A stretch of DNA of 64,000 bases, taken from a virus. The stretch is from positions 1 through 64,000 of the IMG/VR virus record IMGVR_UViG_3300012351_000008; one strand, 5' to 3'. Positions 40,041 through 47,886 of this stretch are shown one piece after another (the stretch's first letter is position 1; each line of letters opens with the position of its first letter). The position numbers and the translations under genes were made by a program. The notes below the pieces were generated by a model, which saw nothing but the letters and a program-made list of their open reading frames with translations, was not told the DNA's origin and made no database searches.

Positions 40041-43000
40041 CTAAAAACCCCTCATGCCGGTACTGAGCCTTACATTCTGACTTAGTGGTACTCCAATCGC
40101 TGAAATAATGGCTTGACTATCAAGCATGACGGTAATGTTGGCTGTTTGCGGACCGCTACCACCTCCCAATGAACTATCACCACCACCTACGCCCGCTCCA
40201 GTTGACATAGGGTACACATTCGAACCGCTTGGAAGCATTACTAGCTCAGGTCCAGCCTCACCGACAAGGGCTAAACCAGATGCGCCTCCAGGCTGAAAGT
40301 TCTGTACGCCGCTTGCAAAGCCAGGCAGGCCAAACGTACTGATTGAGATACTCGGCATAGGAGGCCAGTGGAATTCAGGTAAAGCAGGCCAGTGAAACTC
40401 AGGAAGTGACGGCCACTTAAATTCTGGAAGCGCAGGCCATTTGATTTCAGGGAGTGACGGCCACTGAATGGATGGCAACGAAGGCCATGTAAACGTTGGC
40501 AACGAGGGCCAGGTGATTGTAGGTAAAGAAGGCCAGGTGATAGTAGGCAACGAGGGCCATTGAATCGTTGGCAGAGAAGGCCAGGTGATAGTAGGCAACG
40601 AGGGCCAATGAATCTCAGGGAGCGAGGGCCATTTAATCTCTGGCAACGAGGGCCACTTTATCTCTGGCAAGGAGGGCCACTTTATCTCTGGCAGTGACGG
40701 CCATTTGATTGCCGGTAACGTGGGCCACTTTATCTCTGGCAGTGACGGCCACTTGATTTCAGGAAGTGACGGCCACTTTATCTCTGGCAAACCGGGCCAC
40801 TTGATTTCCGGTAGGCTAGGCCATTTTATTTCAGGAAGTGACGGCCATTTGATCTCAGGCATCGCAGGCCAGTGAAACTCTCCACCGGCACCAATACTCT
40901 GTGCGCCACCGGAACTATCTAATTTGGCGTTGTGTACCAGTACATTATTCGCGTAGTAGGTGTGTGAGCCATCAACCGTGATGTTATATACCTGGACAAT
41001 ATCACGCATCTGGATAGCGATAAGCGTGCATGTGCCATCAACTGTGTGGACATGATCGCCAACCTGAAGGGGAGTTGTGATAAGATTGGGATTCTCCTCT
41101 TTTGTACTTTCAGGGGAAAGTGATTTCCACCCCTGCGTGGTTGCGAGAGGATGTGAGTCTGTTGTCGTAAGTGTATTGCCATCAGAAAACGTTAGCTCAT
41201 AAACCTGCTTCTGAGGCAACACAATACGAGCTAGTATAGTTGTAGGTACTTGTGCCGTGCCATCATACGCAAGAACCTGCTCACCTTCTTGCAGCGTTTC
41301 AATTGGTTTCTCTGTACCATTAGCCATAAGTACGCGTGTGCCAGCAACAAAACAACCACCGGCAAAGGAACCACCTGCACCACTGGCACCGCCTCCACCA
41401 GTCAGATTATTCCATAACTGTCCTATACCTCCAAAGGTTTGACCTGCACCACCAAACATCTGACCGATATCTTGCCCAATTGCTGAACCTTGAAAGGCTT
41501 GCCCTATACCACCAAAATCAATACCTTTACCGGGGCCAAATAATGCACTACCACTGCCTCCACCACTACCACTACCTCCACCGACGAAATTGCTAAAGGC
41601 GCTGCCTATACTGTTTCCAACTTTACCCCAATCACCCTGCTGAATTGCTGATCCTATATCTTGCGCGTATGTTGGCGGGTTGGTATTATAATTTGTCATT
41701 GCCTGTTCATCGGCCCGCGTAGCCTGATCATTGTTATACTTTACTGCCTCTTGCTGTGGCGATACATAATGTGAAGCATTATAGGACGACTGTCGCTGTT
41801 GCAAGAACTTTTGAGCCGCGCCAGCATCATCCTGTGATTGAAGATAATTGGGATCGAGTGCGTCAGCCATTATTGTTGCGGTTTGCGCTTGTGATTGTAG
41901 GGTTTGCGCTGCAACTGTTTGAGGAAGTTGCGCCATTTGCTGTTGATAGTTTATTTGCGCTTGTGCTTGCGGTCCTGGTCCTTGGAATGGTTCAGGGAGT
42001 CCAAGCATTTGAGCACCCTGGTTAATCCATCCTTCAGTACCACTTTGAATCATCGACATTCCAAGTCCCTGCATACCAGGAACAGTCATTGAAACCAATC
42101 CACCCACTACTTGAAGGTTGTTTGCAATATCACTTGTCAACCCACCTAAAAACCCCCCAACTCCGCCAGCGCCACCCTGGTTCATCTGATAATTTATCGC
42201 GTCTAAGGTCGGCATTATCTGCTTGCCGAAACTTTCAGAAAACGTTTCTCCTGCTTGCTGTGCTGACTGCCCGAGCGCATCGACGCTACCCGTGAATGTG
42301 CCCATGCTATGCGCCGCTGGCCCCTCAGCGATTGCCGCAGCATCATAGATACCCTGCCCTACTTGCTGGACAGCCATACCAACCATTTGTACCGCCATGA
42401 GTGGCATGATAAACTGGCTTACGCTGTTGACAACACCGCCAACATCACCGAGTGCCCCCATGAGTGTTTCACCTAAACTCATGGATTCCATTGCCTTGCC
42501 CGCACCTGCTACCGCTCCGCTTGTTTCTCCTGCGGCCTTCCCTGCACTTGCTATTATTCCGCCTGTTTCTCCTACAGACTTACCCGCATCTTCCGCTGCG
42601 CTACCCATCGCATTGAACTGATCAGTAAATGCCTGCGTCTCCCCGCGTGATTCACTAAAAACCTGCCCTGTTGACTCTGCATTCGTGTTGAGTTTATTCA
42701 GCGATTCACCGGCAACATTGGCATTTTGAGCCATGTCATGAAGCGCCGCAGTATTCTCCCCACCGATGCTACTGTTAAAATCACTCCATGTTTGCCCTGT
42801 CTCGCCCAAGTAACTATTAATCATGGAAAAGGGGTAAGGGTTAGATAACGCATCCTGAAAGACGCCCATGTTTTCGGCAAAGGTATCCAGGCCAAATTGC
42901 TTGGGGTCGAACGCCTGGCTAACTTCGTGGAGAGAGTCTGCAAACTGTGGCAACATCGGGGCCGCTTGCGAGAGTGAATCCCCAAGTTGCGCGAAGTTAT

Positions 43001-43433
43001 CACTGACCGGCTGTATTTGTGTTGCTAGAGATTGCGCATTTTCAGTAAGAGCAGCCATAGGAGACGATGCAGCCTCTATCTGCTTGACAGTTGCGCCTAG
43101 TGGCTCTTGCAATGCCTCATAAGCGCTTCCAGTGTCAAGCAAAGCCTGTTGATGCTCTCCAAGTACACCTGATACTTCGGAAACCATCGTTCCGCCTTCT
43201 TGAAGCGAACCGAATGTATTTTTAGCTGCTTCACCGAGCGGAACAATCGCCTTTGTCGCCTCCTCTGCCTGACCACCCAATGCAGTCAGTGCATTCCCAA
43301 CGCCACCTACACCTTCTCCCGCCCCACCCGCTACACCTTGCAGCGCTGCGAGAGCGGCTGCGGCCTCTTCCGCTCCAGACGTGTCTGCCTCAATCCGTAC
43401 TTTGGCTATTATATCGTCACTAATCTTTATCAC
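40041..43433 (-). CDS. Tape measure protein with internal Hint domain and 22 octapeptide repeats
   Basis: Follows the G/GT chaperones; A/G/Q-rich; C-terminal FASG...LVGEAGPELV. Confidence 0.8.
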   Translation of the reverse strand: MIKISDDIIAKVRIEADTSGAEEAAAALAALQGVAGGAGEGVGGVGNALTALGGQAEEATKAIVPLGEAAKNTFGSLQEGGTMVSEVSGVLGEHQQALLDTGSAYEALQEPLGATVKQIEAASSPMAALTENAQSLATQIQPVSDNFAQLGDSLSQAAPMLPQFADSLHEVSQAFDPKQFGLDTFAENMGVFQDALSNPYPFSMINSYLGETGQTWSDFNSSIGGENTAALHDMAQNANVAGESLNKLNTNAESTGQVFSESRGETQAFTDQFNAMGSAAEDAGKSVGETGGIIASAGKAAGETSGAVAGAGKAMESMSLGETLMGALGDVGGVVNSVSQFIMPLMAVQMVGMAVQQVGQGIYDAAAIAEGPAAHSMGTFTGSVDALGQSAQQAGETFSESFGKQIMPTLDAINYQMNQGGAGGVGGFLGGLTSDIANNLQVVGGLVSMTVPGMQGLGMSMIQSGTEGWINQGAQMLGLPEPFQGPGPQAQAQINYQQQMAQLPQTVAAQTLQSQAQTATIMADALDPNYLQSQDDAGAAQKFLQQRQSSYNASHYVSPQQEAVKYNNDQATRADEQAMTNYNTNPPTYAQDIGSAIQQGDWGKVGNSIGSAFSNFVGGGSGSGGGSGSALFGPGKGIDFGGIGQAFQGSAIGQDIGQMFGGAGQTFGGIGQLWNNLTGGGGASGAGGSFAGGCFVAGTRVLMANGTEKPIETLQEGEQVLAYDGTAQVPTTILARIVLPQKQVYELTFSDGNTLTTTDSHPLATTQGWKSLSPESTKEENPNLITTPLQVGDHVHTVDGTCTLIAIQMRDIVQVYNITVDGSHTYYANNVLVHNAKLDSSGGAQSIGAGGEFHWPAMPEIKWPSLPEIKWPSLPEIKWPGLPEIKWPSLPEIKWPSLPEIKWPTLPAIKWPSLPEIKWPSLPEIKWPSLPEIKWPSLPEIHWPSLPTITWPSLPTIQWPSLPTITWPSLPTITWPSLPTFTWPSLPSIQWPSLPEIKWPALPEFKWPSLPEFHWPALPEFHWPPMPSISISTFGLPGFASGVQNFQPGGASGLALVGEAGPELVMLPSGSNVYPMSTGAGVGGGDSSLGGGSGPQTANITVMLDSQAIISAIGVPLSQNVRLSTGMRGF
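40350..40877 (-). repeat. 22 x 24-bp coding repeat ((I/F)xWPxLPx)
   Basis: Counted from the translation. Confidence 0.9.
40929..41354 (-). other. Hint (intein-like) domain, 142 aa, C694-N835
   Basis: CFVAGTRVLMA...TDSHP...VYNITVDGSHTYYANNVLVHN followed by Ala. Confidence 0.9.
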
Positions 43434-43456
43434 CCCCTTTCTCTGCTTGTTTTGTG

Positions 43457-43815
43457 TTAGCCCATGATTATTTGTGTGCCCCTGGCTGGCAATCGTTGTG
43501 GTTGCTGTTGTTGTGCCTGTGGCGTTCCTGTAAAGCCCTTGAACTGTTCTACAAACTTTGGATCTGTCGTGTCAACAACAGGCTCTTCATCATTGTCAAT
43601 AGGGCTTGCTTGTGCCTTCTTATCGCCATTAAACGCCAGCACAATGGCTTGCCTGAGCATGGCTATCTGCCTCTCTTCCTCCATCTGTTCATAAACAATC
43701 CAGTTGGTTAGTTCCACGCTACTCTGATCTGCCAGAAGATCTGCTACATGCTGATAATGCAGATCTTTTGTAAGCCGATGGACATAGAAGAGATCAGAGC
43801 ACTCTAGTTTTTTTT
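43457..43815 (-). CDS. Tail assembly chaperone GT extension (-1 frameshift)
   Basis: Slippery ATC AAA AAA AAC TAG; the -1 frame LECSDLFYVHRL...SSVELTNW joins ORF 43457..43717. Confidence 0.8.
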
Positions 43816-44241
43816 GATTTGCTCCACTGTGCTTGAAAGCATTCCTGAAAGCCGCAAAATAGCCAGTGCGAGCCGTTCAATAGCTCCACCGTCCACCTGG
43901 CGCATCAGCAAATCACGATGGGATTCAGTGAAGATCTTGCGCTGTGTTGTCGGATTGTAACAACCCGCCATGATAATCTGAGCAAACACATTGCGATAAT
44001 CTGTTTTCTTTGATTTTTCATCATAAGCAAACATCTGGATTTTGATACGTGTCTCTGCATTCATTGCCCGGCAAAGCACTTTTACGCCCCACTCAGGGAC
44101 CTCAATCACTTCCTCCGCAGGCTTTTTAGCAAGGATGTGTTTTAAGAACGCCTGATCATCATCAAAGGCTTTCCACGTATCATCATGCCCATTGGCCGAT
44201 ACCACTTCTTGTGTCGTGTCAATCTCGGCTGTTTCTGTCAT
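43804..44241 (-). CDS. Tail assembly chaperone G
   Basis: Between tail tube and tape measure; ends KKN. Confidence 0.8.
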   Translation of the reverse strand: MTETAEIDTTQEVVSANGHDDTWKAFDDDQAFLKHILAKKPAEEVIEVPEWGVKVLCRAMNAETRIKIQMFAYDEKSKKTDYRNVFAQIIMAGCYNPTTQRKIFTESHRDLLMRQVDGGAIERLALAILRLSGMLSSTVEQIKKN

Positions 44242-44262
44242 AAATTGTTGTTTGCTTTCTTG

Positions 44263-44961
44263 CTATTCCTGTATAACCGTAGTTGTAGAGAATGTGTTCG
44301 ATGTCACCATGTAGACCGGCCCGGTTGCCGAGAAATTGACTGATTGCTTATCCACATCATTGGACACGATGGTATCCATGATGCTCGTTGGGAAAGCGTA
44401 GAATTGCCAACGCTTGCCGTTCGCCTCATCCCACCAGAGTTGACATGAGATAATTCCACCAGAGATGTTCGTTGCGCCAACCCCTGTCACCATCTCATTC
44501 AAAATCCTGGCGTCATATCTGAAACAATCCACCGAAAACGTCATGTTTTTAATGGTTGCCAGATTGATGGCCCAATTGCCCGATGCCTGAAACGGCGTCA
44601 CGTCCTTGGTTTGGCCCTTCATCTGCATCTTCCAGGCATGCGAACCATCCAGGGCGGTCATGGTAAAGTAACTACCTGCATTGATGCGTGTGAAGTTATT
44701 GGTGCCTGGCACTCTGGCCGTGTTAAACACAATCTCGCCAACAGGCCAATACATGATGTAATCAGTGACAGTGGCCCATCCAGAACTCCCGTTCGGCGAA
44801 TTCTGCACCGTGAAGGTTTGAGTCGGGTCCCACGTCTGGTGGGTCGCTGTAAAATAGTGGATGTGATCGCCGGAATCGGTACAAGACTCCGGCGAGCCCA
44901 ATGCTGTAGGTGGACTGGTCGAAGTCCAAACATCCCCATTTATCCCGGCAATTGCACTCAT
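44263..44961 (-). CDS. Tail tube protein paralog with insertion
   Basis: Shares KGxTKDVTPFxASGNWxxNLAT with the adjacent gene. Confidence 0.7.
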   Translation of the reverse strand: MSAIAGINGDVWTSTSPPTALGSPESCTDSGDHIHYFTATHQTWDPTQTFTVQNSPNGSSGWATVTDYIMYWPVGEIVFNTARVPGTNNFTRINAGSYFTMTALDGSHAWKMQMKGQTKDVTPFQASGNWAINLATIKNMTFSVDCFRYDARILNEMVTGVGATNISGGIISCQLWWDEANGKRWQFYAFPTSIMDTIVSNDVDKQSVNFSATGPVYMVTSNTFSTTTVIQE

Positions 44962-44982
44962 TATATAATCCTATACACTATT

Positions 44983-45366
44983 TTACGAATACGTGATTGC
45001 GCCTGTGCCTGTGAAGCTGAAATCTACCGTTTCTGCGTTCTGGACATCGACGTTTGGGTCAATGCCCGTAAGTATTGCCGACCCAGTAAATGCGTGCGGG
45101 GTACTTTGAATAGTGAACGTCATCGAAACCGTTGAATTGAGTAGCGCAAACAAATTTGTTTGCGCCGTATCGCTCGAATCGATAAAGGCGGTGATCTTTC
45201 CAGACCAGGATTTGAGTGTGGCGAGGTTCACCGTCCAGTTGCCCGAAGCCCCAAAAGGCGTGACATCTTTTGTTGCACCTTTTAGTGATAATGTCCACTT
45301 AGATGCATCGGTGAATGCAGTTGCGGCTTCTGACACAGAAGCCCCGATACCTGCGAGTGCAGCCAA
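44983..45366 (-). CDS. Major tail tube protein
   Basis: TTG start with AAGGAG RBS; WTLS...DVTPF...SWSG...FSFTGTGA. Confidence 0.8.
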   Translation of the reverse strand: MAALAGIGASVSEAATAFTDASKWTLSLKGATKDVTPFGASGNWTVNLATLKSWSGKITAFIDSSDTAQTNLFALLNSTVSMTFTIQSTPHAFTGSAILTGIDPNVDVQNAETVDFSFTGTGAITYS

Positions 45367-45407
45367 TTTTTTACTCCTTCTTAAAGGTAAAGGAGGATAT
45401 GGCACAT

Positions 45408-45466
45408 AAAAACAAGCCATACCTCGAAATGTCAATTTTCGATCGGTATGGCCTCTAGGACTCCGG
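45408..45466 (-). terminator. GAGCC-like element terminator
   Basis: cgGAGTCctaGAGGCCatacc...ggtatggcTTGTTTTT. Confidence 0.6.
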
Positions 45467-45494
45467 GTGTGTATTCAGTTATAAAATCTATATA

Positions 45495-45707
45495 TTATCT
45501 CCGGTCAGCGATATCTGACCACAAAATGTGATGTTCCATATGACAGCCGCGACACCAGCACCATTGTCCACCTGATACACTCGCTAACTGTGTAAGACTT
45601 GCCGTGTCAATACGTGTGAGCAGCTTCTTTGTCTGCTTGCAAAAGATCGGTGTGCGTTCTAGTTGAGTGCTGGCTCCATTATACTGTATACTTGTGTTTG
45701 TTGCCAT
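45495..45707 (-). CDS. Small zinc-ribbon protein, Mu Com-like
   Basis: PIFCKQTKKLL...WCWCRGCHMEH. Confidence 0.5.
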   Translation of the reverse strand: MATNTSIQYNGASTQLERTPIFCKQTKKLLTRIDTASLTQLASVSGGQWCWCRGCHMEHHILWSDIADRR

Positions 45708-46121
45708 CTAATCTCCCAGATCGTCTACGGCTTTTTCGAGATATTTCCCAACATTTCCCTTAAGGAATTCCACAAGTTTCTCGCTCATAAATTTACCTGG
45801 AACATGGGATATTCTTTTTGCAGGAATAATGCGCCCATGTCGTCTAAAGTATGATCTTGTGCGATGCCCACGATCCACAAACGGAAAGTAAAAAACGGCA
45901 TTCCTAAACGTAATACTCAGCCCTCCCACATCTCCTGCATTCCCCCCTTTCAACCTACCCGACCTCACAGGCGTTACGGCATCCAAGGCATCTTTTCCAG
46001 CCCTGCCTAACGCTTGTGTTTGGTTCTCAAGATTATTGGTTAATTTCTCACCCATCGTTGAGAAACGCGAGATGGCTCCATCTAGCCCTTCCCACTCAAT
46101 AGTGACTGTGTAGCCCATCAT
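45708..46121 (-). CDS. HK97 gp10-like tail completion protein
   Basis: TPVRSGRLK...YFPFVDRGH...PGKFM. Confidence 0.8.
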   Translation of the reverse strand: MMGYTVTIEWEGLDGAISRFSTMGEKLTNNLENQTQALGRAGKDALDAVTPVRSGRLKGGNAGDVGGLSITFRNAVFYFPFVDRGHRTRSYFRRHGRIIPAKRISHVPGKFMSEKLVEFLKGNVGKYLEKAVDDLGD

Positions 46122-46447
46122 GACACCTCCGAGACGATAGCAGAGAATGACAATTCAATATTATCGCGTAGTGTGACTTTTTCGGTTGGGCAGGGACCAT
46201 CAGGTTCTACCAGATCAAAGCGATAGAGCGTAATTTTCACCTGAATGATATCTTGGGGTTCAACGATCAATTCAAGCTTGCACGCATTGTCTACCGTCTC
46301 ATCGTCAGCAATAATTATCAGAGCGTGCGCAACAGGTAATCCATTCTTTTTAGGCGCTGGACACTCAATTCTCACACGTCGCCCAACCAATTCCTCAGCA
46401 GTAAAATTGCGTCCTTTGGCACCGCCAGCCTGAATTGTAACCATCAA
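46118..46447 (-). CDS. Hypothetical protein
   Basis: Coupled ORF. Confidence 0.55.
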   Translation of the reverse strand: MMVTIQAGGAKGRNFTAEELVGRRVRIECPAPKKNGLPVAHALIIIADDETVDNACKLELIVEPQDIIQVKITLYRFDLVEPDGPCPTEKVTLRDNIELSFSAIVSEVS

Positions 46448-46663
46448 CCTTGCCCTCCTGCAACTTGCACCGTCTCATCAATTAGCGACTTCAGTTGCTC
46501 ATCAGGCAGAGAGAGCGCGTAGAGCACCCCGCAAATGAGAAGACCTTTTATACGCAGCATCACTATCTCATCTTCACCAGGCTCTATCTGAAAATCTGGA
46601 TAGCCCGAACCTGTAAGCTTCTCATGTAGTTCTTGTTCTTGCTCCGGTGCCATGCGTGCCTCC

Positions 46664-47107
46664 TTAGTTGGCATTGTTCCATATGTGCCAACTCCCTTCG
46701 ATGTGTCGGGTAATATCATCAGGCTCAGGTATTTTTTTTGCCGACAGGAACATTACCCCGTTTGTCGCATTGGTAAAGTTGCCACCAAGTAGGTTCAGTG
46801 TCTTCGCTTCAATCACGCTGTTAATCACGTCAAGGATTGTCATGGTTTCCTGATACGATTGTTGGCTATAGATATGGATAATAAAATCAATCTGCTTACT
46901 TGGCTTCTGGAATTGATACCAGTTTGTTTCGACATGATCGCCAAACGCCACATAGGGAAACGCTTGATTGATTTGTGACGCTGGATTGAGCAGGGCTGTA
47001 TCCAAAGGTCCACCACAGATGGTAGGAAAGGTAGCGTCAGACGTGAGAGCGGTTTGAATTGCATTTTGTGTAACCAGGAGTGATGAATGACCTGTGATGG
47101 TCGTCAT
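46664..47107 (-). CDS. Tail terminator (DUF3168-like)
   Basis: QNAIQTAL...FPYVAFGD...IHIYS...D.ITRH. Confidence 0.75.
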   Translation of the reverse strand: MTTITGHSSLLVTQNAIQTALTSDATFPTICGGPLDTALLNPASQINQAFPYVAFGDHVETNWYQFQKPSKQIDFIIHIYSQQSYQETMTILDVINSVIEAKTLNLLGGNFTNATNGVMFLSAKKIPEPDDITRHIEGSWHIWNNAN

Positions 47108-47430
47108 GTTCCCCTCCTTGTGCGAACAGCTGCAAACTTCCAATCACCAGTCGTGATATCACAAGATGGATCACTGATGATCTGCCATCTTCGGTACAGG
47201 CCAGTCGTAGCGTCAGTACTGACCTGATCAATAATGTAATCCTCAAACAAGATGAGTTGTGGATTGTTGAGTGGCAGCATGGTTGTATAGCAGTTTACAT
47301 ACAAAAGTTGATCAATCCCTTGCTGTGCAGCCACAAGTGGAGTGACTTTAGACATCTGTACGATAATGTTGCTTGCTATTGGATCTGTAACATTCGTACG
47401 TAAAATATTACAAATGACATCCTCGGCCAA
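47104..47430 (-). CDS. Head-closure-like protein
   Basis: Size and position. Confidence 0.45.
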   Translation of the reverse strand: MAEDVICNILRTNVTDPIASNIIVQMSKVTPLVAAQQGIDQLLYVNCYTTMLPLNNPQLILFEDYIIDQVSTDATTGLYRRWQIISDPSCDITTGDWKFAAVRTRRGT

Positions 47431-47450
47431 ACCATTTCTCCGCTTTCGCC

Positions 47451-47526
47451 ATAAAAAAACGCCACAACCGTTGCAGGTGTGGCGTGATAGCTCGTAGACT
47501 TCCCTCTATTGCTCATAGTATAGCAT
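47451..47526 (-). promoter_or_regulatory. Internal promoter followed by a GAGCC-element terminator
   Basis: CATGCTATACTatgAGCAAT, then acGAGCTatcACGCCac...gtggcgTTTTTTT. Confidence 0.65.
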
Positions 47527-47541
47527 GAATCGGCTCTGTTA

Positions 47542-47868
47542 TCACCTCGCAATAATATTGAATGAGATGCCATCGGATGGATAAGGACCGGTAACAAAAG
47601 TTGCCACGACGTACAAGAGGTACGCCCCAGCCGTTGCCACATCCTGCGAAACGAACTGGTACTGCACGACTCCCTGTAGGGCATTCATGATGGTAAATGT
47701 GCCTCCACCGGTAATGTCTGAGCCCCCGGTAGCCGGATGGAGCAACAATGCAAGATTTGCACCAACCAATCCGGTCATATCCACCGGTTGCTTATTGTCT
47801 TTCGTACAAATGATGGTCAATTGCGGTGTTGTCTGCCCTACTCCCCACTGAACTGGTGCTTGTCTCAT
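47542..47868 (-). CDS. BppU N-terminal-like protein
   Basis: GQTTPQL...PVDMTG...GVVQYQF...DVATAGAY. Confidence 0.7.
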   Translation of the reverse strand: MRQAPVQWGVGQTTPQLTIICTKDNKQPVDMTGLVGANLALLLHPATGGSDITGGGTFTIMNALQGVVQYQFVSQDVATAGAYLLYVVATFVTGPYPSDGISFNIIAR

Positions 47869-47886
47869 TTTTTACTCTTTCTTTTC

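Noticed and set aside
40929-41354. Canonical mobile intein
   Set aside because: The +1 residue is Ala and there is no endonuclease domain; treated as a cleaving Hint domain.
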